DNA of 64,000 nt. It comes from Escherichia coli. GTDB lineage: Bacteria > Pseudomonadota > Gammaproteobacteria > Enterobacterales > Enterobacteriaceae. How positions within the stretch are numbered: position 1 is the first letter of the stretch; each line of letters opens with the position of its first letter. The translations under genes were made by a program, and so were the position numbers. The stretch lies in NCBI RefSeq assembly GCF_011045215.1, contig NZ_CP049201.1. One strand, 5' to 3'. The notes beneath the pieces were generated by a model. That model was not told where the DNA came from and ran no database searches. It saw nothing but the letters and a program-made list of their open reading frames with translations. Below, piece by piece: positions 37,971 through 45,362 of the stretch.

Positions 37971-38042
37971 CTCTGACTGAGAGTTTACTCACTTAGCCGC
38001 GTGTCCACTATTGCTGGGTAAGATCACATCGCTATTAATATT

Positions 38043-38150
38043 TTGACGAATGATAAGGTATTCAAGGCAGGGTTAAGACGTAAGATGCGAAAAGCAGCCA
38101 TGGACAGAAACTATCTCGCGTCAGTACTTGCGGGGAACTGGCTTTCGTAA
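38043..38150 (+). pseudogene. 3'-terminal fragment of an ISAs1-family (H-repeat-associated) transposase gene
   Basis: Translates to [35 protein letters not shown], matching the conserved C-terminus of ISAs1/H-repeat transposases; truncated right next to the IS3 end. Confidence 0.75.
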
Positions 38151-38337
38151 TCTTGCCCTGATCCCGATAGCGGTCTAATTATTTATAGCACAAGTGGTTT
38201 TTCAATGAATGGGGAAGATCAAGTGAAAAATAATATTCATTAAAAATTGAATAAAATTGAGAGAAGTATATCTCTTTTTAAAAAAGATCCTATTACTTGA
38301 TAGAAGTAATGGTAATTTATGATATGTTCTTATTACA

Positions 38338-38589
38338 TTGAAGAGTATAACTCTTTCCAAAACAGAATTAACATCATCCGTTCTTAAGCAATATCGATTG
38401 GAACTTCTGAAGTATCATGTTGAACTTGTTGAGTTATTTAATAAATATTATATTGTGAATTATAATCCTCAAAGACCCTATCGTATGCATATGTTTCCTC
38501 CTGTGGATGCGGTAGATGGACTTGTGTTTGGTGAAGTGGACCTGAGTAGAATTAGAGATAATATGAATCAGATCTCAAGGAGAATATAA
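38338..38589 (+). CDS. Hypothetical small protein (83 aa), AT-rich, upstream of the PAAR gene
   Basis: ORF only; no recognised motif. Confidence 0.3.
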   Translation: MKSITLSKTELTSSVLKQYRLELLKYHVELVELFNKYYIVNYNPQRPYRMHMFPPVDAVDGLVFGEVDLSRIRDNMNQISRRI

Positions 38590-38906
38590 GAATTGGAAAG
38601 GAGCTTTCCTTTCAGGCTGCTTTAACTTCGGTAAAATACGTTCTTGAAGCACCAGATAATAAAGTCGGTAATATTGCCACTATTGAGTTTTTCATCAAGG
38701 TTAATTACGAGAATAACCCTTCTGATAAAGCTGAAGTTGAGAAGGTGCTTAATGAATCAGAACTGAAGAATGCTCTTAAGTCCAGAATTCTTGATGATAC
38801 TGTCAGGCAACACAGATGATTAAATCATCTGGATGTATTTAATGCATAAACATTTCTGAATGATACATAAAAATTGTATTTAATGTTTCCCTCCTGGAGA
38901 ATCTCT

Positions 38907-39191
38907 ATGCCCACAGCAGCCAGACTCAGCGATAAAGGCACCCAGCATGACGGTTATTATGAGACCACCATTATTGCAGGCTCCTCCACCGTCTTTATTG
39001 ATGGTATGCCCGCCGCCCGTCAGGGCGATCCGCTGACACCGCATTCCAAACCTGACCATCCCCCTCACCCCCGTAAAATCGCAGGCGGCTCTGCCACTGT
39101 CTTTATTGACGGTAAACCTGCCGCCAGAACCGGCGATGCCATTGACTGTGGCGGCGTGGTTATCGGTGGCGGCACGGTAAATATAGGCTGA
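38907..39191 (+). CDS. PAAR-domain protein (T6SS spike tip)
   Basis: 94-aa protein with PAAR repeats (DGMPAARQGDP, DGKPAARTGDAIDCGG); start placed at the internal Met preceded by GGAGA; immediately upstream of vgrG. Confidence 0.85.
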   Translation: MPTAARLSDKGTQHDGYYETTIIAGSSTVFIDGMPAARQGDPLTPHSKPDHPPHPRKIAGGSATVFIDGKPAARTGDAIDCGGVVIGGGTVNIG

Positions 39192-39211
39192 TTAATTATC
39201 AGGGAGGCTGT

Positions 39212-41611
39212 ATGCCCTCAGAAGGATTACGTTTCACGCTGTCGGTGGACGGTATCGTGGAGATGGCGACGGCGGTGGTGAGCTTCCGTCTGTACCAGCA
39301 CCACTGCACGCCGTTCATCCTGGATGTGGATATCGCCAGCGGGCTGTCTGACCTGACGGCGGAGGATTTTCTGGAGAAGAGCGCGGTGCTGACGGTCTGG
39401 CAGGGTGATATCCCGCAGCGTTACGTCAGCGGTATCGTGACGGAGGTGCAACTGGGGGAGAACAACGACTGGCAGATGCGTTATTCCCTGAGCATCAGCC
39501 CGCCGCTGTGGCGGGCAGGGTTACGGCAGAACTTCCGTATCTTCCAGCAGCAGGACATCCAGACGATATCAGCACAGCTTCTGAGAGAGAACGGAGTGAC
39601 GGCATGGATGCCGCTGTTTTATGAAGACCATCCGGCGCGGGAGTTCTGTGTGCAGTACGGGGAAAGCGACCTGGCGTTTCTGGCGCGGCTGTGGGCGGAG
39701 GAGGGGATTTTCTTCTTTGAGCGGTTTGCGGCGGACAGTCCGGAGCAGAAGCTGACGCTGTGCGACGATGTGGCGGGGCTGTCACAGGCGGGAGAGCTTC
39801 CGTTTAACCCGGACACATCGGCAGGAGCGGAGACGGAGTGTCTCAGTACGTTCCGTTATGAGGCGCATGTCCGCCCGTCGTCGGTGCAGAGTCAGGATTA
39901 CACGTTTAAGGTGCCGGACTGGCCGGGGATGTATGAGCAGCAGGGTGAGAACCTGAACGGACAGCTGGCGCAGTACGAGATATTTGATTATCCGGGAAGG
40001 TTCAAGGATGAGCAGCACGGCAAGGATTTCACGCTGTACCAGATGGACAGCCTGCGCAGTGATGCGGAAAAGGCCACAGGGCAGAGTAATTCACCGAAGC
40101 TGTGGCCGGGAACGCGGTTTACGCTGACGGGGCATCCGCAGAAGATGCTGAACCGTGAATGGCAGGTGGTACAGAGCATACTGTCAGGAAGCCAGCCGCA
40201 GGCGCTGCACGGCAGCCAGGGGAGGGGAACCACGCTGGGAAATCAGTTAGAGGTGATACCGGCAGACCGGACGTGGCGTCCACGGCTGCAAAGCAAACCG
40301 AAGGTGGACGGGCCGCAGAGTGCCATTGTGACCGGGCCGAAGGGTGAGGAGATATTCTGCGACGAACATGGCCGGGTACGGGTGAAGTTCCACTGGGACC
40401 GTTATCACGGGATGACGGAGGCGAGTTCATGCTGGGTGCGGGTATCGCAGGCGTGGGCGGGGCCGGGGTTCGGTAACCTGGCGATACCGCGGGTGGGCCA
40501 GGAGGTGATTGTTGACTTCCTGAACGGCGACCCGGACCAGCCCATCGTCACGGGACGGACCTACCATGAAGATAACCGCTCCCCGGGCGACCTGCCGGGA
40601 ACGAAGACGCAGATGACGATACGGTCGAAGACCTATAAAGAAAGCGGATTTAACGAGTTGCGGTTTGAAGACGCCACCAGTAATGAGCAGGTGTATATCC
40701 ACGCGCAGAAGAACATGGATACGGAGGTGCTCAACGACCGGACAACGGATGTGAAGCATGACCATACGGAGACCATTGGTAACGACCAGAAGATAACGGT
40801 GGTGAAGGGGCAGACGGTTGAGGTCGGGACCAGAAAAGAAGGAGGCCACGACCAGAGTATCACGGTGGCGAACGACCGGAGCATAACGGTACGTAACGAC
40901 CAGACGCTGAAGGTGACAAATGACCGGACGGTGAGCGTGAGTCACGATGACGGTCTGTACGTCAGAAATGACCGTAGGGTGACGGTGAAAGGGAAGCAGG
41001 AGCATAAGACGACGGGTAACCACATCAGCCTGGTGGAGGGGAAGCACAGCCTGGAGGTGAAGGGGGACCTGGCGGAGAAGGTGAGTGGCGCGCTGGGGAT
41101 AGAAGTGGACGGGGATATCGTGCTGGAGAGCAGCAGCCGGATAAGCCTGAAGGTGGGTGGCTCGTTTATCGTCATTCAGCCGGGCGGAGTGGATATTGCC
41201 GGGCCGAAGATAAACCTGAACGGTGGGGGCAGTGCGGGGACACCGGTGGGGACGATGCAGCCGGCGGTGCTGGAGGCTCCGGAGGATGAGAGCAGTGATG
41301 ATGGCAGTGATGACTCCGGAGAGGATAGTGGCAATCCCGCAGGGAGTGACGGAGGAGGTGATGGCGGTGACGATGAAGATGATCCTGAAAAATATACCCT
41401 CCAGTTCCATTTTACGGACGATGACGGGATACCGTATTCAGAGACGCAGTATATTGCCTTTTTTGAGGATGGCACACAGACGCGTGGTGAAACAGACAGA
41501 GAGGGATATACAGAAATATTTTATACAGATACAGCACAGGAAATTAAAGTCCAATTGTTATTTTCGGATGCTTTTTATATTGAGCCGGAGGGGCATTATG
41601 GCAGGGAATAA
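39212..41611 (+). CDS. vgrG: Type VI secretion spike protein VgrG (799 aa) with an acidic linker and a small C-terminal extension domain
   Basis: Gp27-like N-terminal region, gp5-like OB-fold and beta-helix (WAGPGFGNLAIPRVGQEVIVDFLNGDPDQPIVTGRTYHEDNR; repeated ...NDRT/ITV... units), then an Asp/Glu/Gly/Ser-rich linker and a roughly 70-aa C-terminal domain. Confidence 0.92.
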   Translation: MPSEGLRFTLSVDGIVEMATAVVSFRLYQHHCTPFILDVDIASGLSDLTAEDFLEKSAVLTVWQGDIPQRYVSGIVTEVQLGENNDWQMRYSLSISPPLWRAGLRQNFRIFQQQDIQTISAQLLRENGVTAWMPLFYEDHPAREFCVQYGESDLAFLARLWAEEGIFFFERFAADSPEQKLTLCDDVAGLSQAGELPFNPDTSAGAETECLSTFRYEAHVRPSSVQSQDYTFKVPDWPGMYEQQGENLNGQLAQYEIFDYPGRFKDEQHGKDFTLYQMDSLRSDAEKATGQSNSPKLWPGTRFTLTGHPQKMLNREWQVVQSILSGSQPQALHGSQGRGTTLGNQLEVIPADRTWRPRLQSKPKVDGPQSAIVTGPKGEEIFCDEHGRVRVKFHWDRYHGMTEASSCWVRVSQAWAGPGFGNLAIPRVGQEVIVDFLNGDPDQPIVTGRTYHEDNRSPGDLPGTKTQMTIRSKTYKESGFNELRFEDATSNEQVYIHAQKNMDTEVLNDRTTDVKHDHTETIGNDQKITVVKGQTVEVGTRKEGGHDQSITVANDRSITVRNDQTLKVTNDRTVSVSHDDGLYVRNDRRVTVKGKQEHKTTGNHISLVEGKHSLEVKGDLAEKVSGALGIEVDGDIVLESSSRISLKVGGSFIVIQPGGVDIAGPKINLNGGGSAGTPVGTMQPAVLEAPEDESSDDGSDDSGEDSGNPAGSDGGGDGGDDEDDPEKYTLQFHFTDDDGIPYSETQYIAFFEDGTQTRGETDREGYTEIFYTDTAQEIKVQLLFSDAFYIEPEGHYGRE

Positions 41612-42401
41612 TAATACTAGTGGGACTTCACAACCCGAGTCGCAAGTATGTGTAGTACCGCAAAAAATTACAAATAAATTTAAAATAATGATGAGTAAGG
41701 CTTGTAAAGCACAGAAAATGGTTTTATTGAAAAGAGCAGATGATATTATGTCATGGGAGGGGGAACAACAACGAGATTTTATTAAAGTTTTTGGCCTTAA
41801 AGGCGAGGACATTATAAAAATCAGAAAGGTTGGGGAAGATACTGGGAAACGAATGCAAGCGAGACTATTCATAATGGATGGCATCAGACAAATAATGACG
41901 ATTGCAAATGGTTTGACGATCGAAAGCTATAAAGATTATACGAACTGCAATGAATTTGCTGCTTTTATTAGTCCACATCTTGATCCTCCTTACATTGTAA
42001 ATATCGGAGCGCATTTTGAATACAGACATGGTATAAAACAGTCGGTTACAGGTAGAGACTCTCATGTAAGTACACTTTGCCATGAAATGTCCCATATATT
42101 TTGGTATTGGGGTGACAATCAAAAAGGTGGTATGTGGACTCAGGATTATACGGGTATTAATAAGTTCGCAACAAGTAATAAGGATGAAGTTAGCTATGAG
42201 AAACATGTTTCAGTGGCTAATGATCTGGTTACATTGCGTAAAGATCAGTTATTTGAGAATGCATATAATGTTGAAAGATATTTTTATATAAAATTAAATG
42301 ATGAAGATATTGAAGCTCAAGATGAGAATATGTTAGCAAAAAAAGTAGAGGATAAAATAAAAGAGATAGAAAAATGTTTTGATGAGTTGATGGGGAAATA
42401 A
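41598..42401 (+). CDS. Putative T6SS effector: uncharacterised protein with an HExxH zinc-metallopeptidase-like motif (267 aa)
   Basis: Start ATG lies within the last 14 nt of vgrG (translational coupling); contains CHEMSHIFWYWGDNQKGGMWTQDYTG (HExxH followed by conserved Asp residues); abrupt drop in GC content relative to vgrG; followed by a secreted-protein gene. Confidence 0.6.
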   Translation: MAGNNNTSGTSQPESQVCVVPQKITNKFKIMMSKACKAQKMVLLKRADDIMSWEGEQQRDFIKVFGLKGEDIIKIRKVGEDTGKRMQARLFIMDGIRQIMTIANGLTIESYKDYTNCNEFAAFISPHLDPPYIVNIGAHFEYRHGIKQSVTGRDSHVSTLCHEMSHIFWYWGDNQKGGMWTQDYTGINKFATSNKDEVSYEKHVSVANDLVTLRKDQLFENAYNVERYFYIKLNDEDIEAQDENMLAKKVEDKIKEIEKCFDELMGK

Positions 42402-42402
42402 G

Positions 42403-43242
42403 ATGAAGAGGTTGGCTTTCTATAATCTAAATTATGTTGTACTGATGGTTTTTTTTCTTTGTTTTTTGCCATTATCTATTGCAATTGCAATAGATAATGA
42501 GAATCTTTTTGTAAAAAAATACAGATTCGGTTTTGAACGAAGAAATGACAATGGGAAACCAATTATTTATCTTAGCCATAATTTAGCGCCAGAGGAAAAT
42601 ATAAGTAATGAATTAACAAATGATGTTGTTGTTAAATTGGTGGTTAAGCCACATGCTGAAAATATTTTAGCTACTATAACTTTTTATAACAGTAGTACTA
42701 AATCGTATTTTCTCCCCAGAATATATTATCCAAAGAACTTCCAAAAAGGAAATGGAGATGTATTTGATGCTTTGTGTGATGACGAATTCTTGATTACATC
42801 AGGAAATATTAGCTTAGACTATCTAGGAGGCTTTTGTCCCTTTGAGCTTGATTTGAATTTGAGCCGATGGGTGGAAATTACGGCAGGTAAAAAAATATCT
42901 TTTGATGTAAAATTGAATGATATGCATTCATTTCTCCCCAGTTTAAATAATTATCATATAAAAACATTAAACTACAAACTTGTTAGGAGAAAATGGTTTG
43001 TATTAAAATCAATTAATGAAACATTCCTCTCTATTTTGATGAAAAGATACTCATGTAATGAATATGATTTTAGAGCTATATCATTTAGTGGAGAGGGATG
43101 TGATAATTATGAATTTGATAAAAATACGTTTTTTTTTGTTAATCAAATATTAGATAAAGATGATGAGCAACATTCTGTTCATATTAGGTCTAATGAATTT
43201 TCCATCAATATCGATGGAAGCTTGGTAAAGCAACCTTATTGA
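42403..43242 (+). CDS. Putative cognate immunity protein (279 aa, N-terminal signal peptide or membrane anchor)
   Basis: Begins 1 nt after the effector stop; hydrophobic N-terminus (VVLMVFFLCFLPLSIAIAI) suggests periplasmic localisation; AT-rich like the effector gene. Confidence 0.5.
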   Translation: MKRLAFYNLNYVVLMVFFLCFLPLSIAIAIDNENLFVKKYRFGFERRNDNGKPIIYLSHNLAPEENISNELTNDVVVKLVVKPHAENILATITFYNSSTKSYFLPRIYYPKNFQKGNGDVFDALCDDEFLITSGNISLDYLGGFCPFELDLNLSRWVEITAGKKISFDVKLNDMHSFLPSLNNYHIKTLNYKLVRRKWFVLKSINETFLSILMKRYSCNEYDFRAISFSGEGCDNYEFDKNTFFFVNQILDKDDEQHSVHIRSNEFSINIDGSLVKQPY

Positions 43243-43304
43243 TTAAAATGTATCGCAGGTTTTATTTTCTGTAATGCTGGTGCATGTGCGTAAATATTTC
43301 TTAA

Positions 43305-43730
43305 GAGCCGGAAACACCTCTTCCGCCTTTATCGACGATAAACCTACCGCCAGAACCGGTGATGCCATTGACTGCGGTGGCGTGGTTAAAGGTGGAGGGC
43401 GATGTGGTGCTGGAGAGCAGCAGCCGGATAAGCCTGAAGGTGGGCGGCTCGTTTGTGGTCATCCATTCAGGGGGCGTGGACATCGTCGGGCCGAAAATCA
43501 ATCTCAATAGCGGCGGTAGTCCGGGAACGCCGGTGCCGACGCTGCAACCGGCGGTTCTGAAAGCGCTGGCAGATGATAAAAGTTTAGCGGCTGAGCAAAA
43601 TGATAGTAATGCATCGTCCGATCAGAATGATAACAACGATGAGGGTGAGGAAGCGCCAGAAAAATCGGTGTGTAAGGAGTGCCTGAAAAGGGCGCAAGAA
43701 GCCGCCGCCGTTTTTGCGCCTCGTGGATAA
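43305..43730 (+). pseudogene. PAAR-vgrG deletion-fusion remnant (3' end of a PAAR gene joined to the 3' end of a second vgrG)
   Basis: 43309..43392 closely matches the PAAR 3' end at 39092..39175 (...FIDDKPTARTGDAIDCGGVV...); from about 43393 the sequence matches vgrG at about 41110..41245 (VLESSSRISLKVGGSF.V.....GGVDI.GPKINLN.GG) and then continues into a different C-terminal tail. Confidence 0.8.
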
Positions 43731-43736
43731 GGGAGA

Positions 43737-44506
43737 ATGACAATGATAACAGTATCGCCACACGCTACCGATCAAGACAAATATATTATCTGGCTGAAGC
43801 AAGCTGAATCATTCTGTTCTGCCGCTGGTTTGGATTACATAGATGTGCTTGTTGACCAGGCTGGAACCGACCAACCTTTGCAAAATGATATGCTTCATCT
43901 GTCGCCAGCCATTCACTGGTATGCCCTGTTTGAAGGAACGCCTGAAGCTGAGACGATGGAGTATTCCCCTGTAGTGTTACGCCTGTACTTTGCGCTCAGT
44001 AGCCATCGCAAATTTCTGGCACAACTGATGGCGTCATTTGCTGATACGCCGCGTCTTACTTTGTTGATATCCCCTCTTACATTCGACCTGCTGGGCGGCA
44101 TCTTCAGGTATTGTCACAGGTTCAGTGGGAAGAACAGACCGGATTGCTGCGTTACTATGATAATCGGGTGTTCCCTTTACTGTTCACACATGTTTTGACT
44201 AACGAGCAGCAGGCGACATTTACTGATATTGCGTTGTTCTGGAGCTGGTTAGACCGTGATGGTGAGATTAACTGGAAATCAGGAAGTTTTTCACCAGAAC
44301 GCAGGCTTACTGACAACCCGGAGATGAATCGGGTGGATGATGTACAGGTGGGATTGATGGGCTGTATCTGCGACGCTGAAGTCCTGATGAAGGAGAAAGC
44401 AGTCAGTGAACTCAGTCAGGAAAGCTATTTTGCCCACTGTCTTGATATTGCTTTCAGGGCCAATGACGCGAAATATTTCGGAGCTTTGCGGGACTTCGAA
44501 GGATAA
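43737..44506 (+). pseudogene. T6SS adaptor/chaperone-like gene (DUF4123-type, Tap/Tec family), split across two overlapping reading frames
   Basis: Two overlapping ORFs (43737..44198 and 44111..44506) together span about 256 codons, in the adaptor position between a vgrG 3' end and a DUF2235 effector gene; family assignment is by position and recalled sequence character. Confidence 0.5.
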
Positions 44507-44819
44507 TATTGTGGTGATGTACGGGGAGATTTATCTGTTTAAAAGTCCGTAGCTGTTAATATCAAGAGATAATCGTGAAATAAACGGAAAATCAAGCTCG
44601 ACATGTAATGGTAGTATCCATCATGTTGCATTTGTGTTCGATCGTAATGTCAGTTCACTTGGCTGCAATATATTTTGCGTAATATCATCAATGCTCTGTC
44701 GATATTCCAATGTGTGACAATCGAAAGATATGCATTTTATTTGCTTCTATGTCAAAACTTTATTGTCGTAGAAACAATACCCATCAATTAAAATCTCTCA
44801 AAGTAAAAGAACCAGCAAC

Positions 44820-45362
44820 ATGTCCAGCAAAATAAGAAATGGAATGAATATAACAAAAGTAGTTAAAGGCTGTCTGGTATTAATTTTGATGGTGATTTCT
44901 GGTTGCTCAGCAGATAATTACGACGATTATACTGCAGGTGATCTCCGGGCAATAAATCATATTAAAGGTATCAGTATTAATTGGTTCACCGTAAATGGTT
45001 ATCGGGTCCATGGTTTGGGCGGTGGATATTGCTGCATAATGTTACCAAAGAAGTGGCATTCTGGATTAAAAGCCCGGATCGAGTGGGAAGTAGACCCGAC
45101 CCCCCTTGAACCTATTGCAATGAAAAAAGAAGGTTTTGGCTATGAAGAAGATGCTTATGCTAAACATGCTGCAAATTATCAAAAATATAAAGTAATTGTT
45201 GACATCCCGGAATACGGCGCTGAACGTTGTGGCCTGACCGTTCATTTTCTGCCGTGTAATCAGATTAAAGTGACAACCGTCTGCGAGGGCTATGGCACAC
45301 CGAATTATCCTATCAAAGAACCCCGCGAGATGAAGGAACCTGCAACATGTCCAGCAAAATAA
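44820..45362 (+). CDS. Lipoprotein (180 aa), candidate Tle1-associated immunity or accessory protein (DUF3304-like)
   Basis: Signal peptide with lipobox (LILMVISGCSADN); directly upstream of and overlapping the Tle1-like gene. Confidence 0.55.
   Translation: MSSKIRNGMNITKVVKGCLVLILMVISGCSADNYDDYTAGDLRAINHIKGISINWFTVNGYRVHGLGGGYCCIMLPKKWHSGLKARIEWEVDPTPLEPIAMKKEGFGYEEDAYAKHAANYQKYKVIVDIPEYGAERCGLTVHFLPCNQIKVTTVCEGYGTPNYPIKEPREMKEPATCPAK

Larger units (their letters stand above)
36769..38026 (-). mobile_element. IS3 insertion sequence, complete (1258 bp) with terminal inverted repeats
   Basis: Ends TGATCCTACCCACG... (36769) and ...GCTGGGTAAGATCA (38026); carries orfA and orfB in the typical -1 frameshift arrangement. 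Confidence 0.9.

Noticed and set aside
40427-41410. 327-aa antisense ORF inside vgrG, plus other long antisense ORFs inside vgrG and the autotransporter
   Set aside because: Low-complexity Arg/Pro/His-rich translations opposite strongly supported, GC-rich genes; typical spurious antisense ORFs.
41223-42401. 392-aa ORF reading from inside vgrG through the effector gene
   Set aside because: The first 125 or so codons are an out-of-frame overlap with the vgrG 3' end (Arg/Cys-rich nonsense). The real gene starts at the ATG at 41598, which overlaps the vgrG stop.
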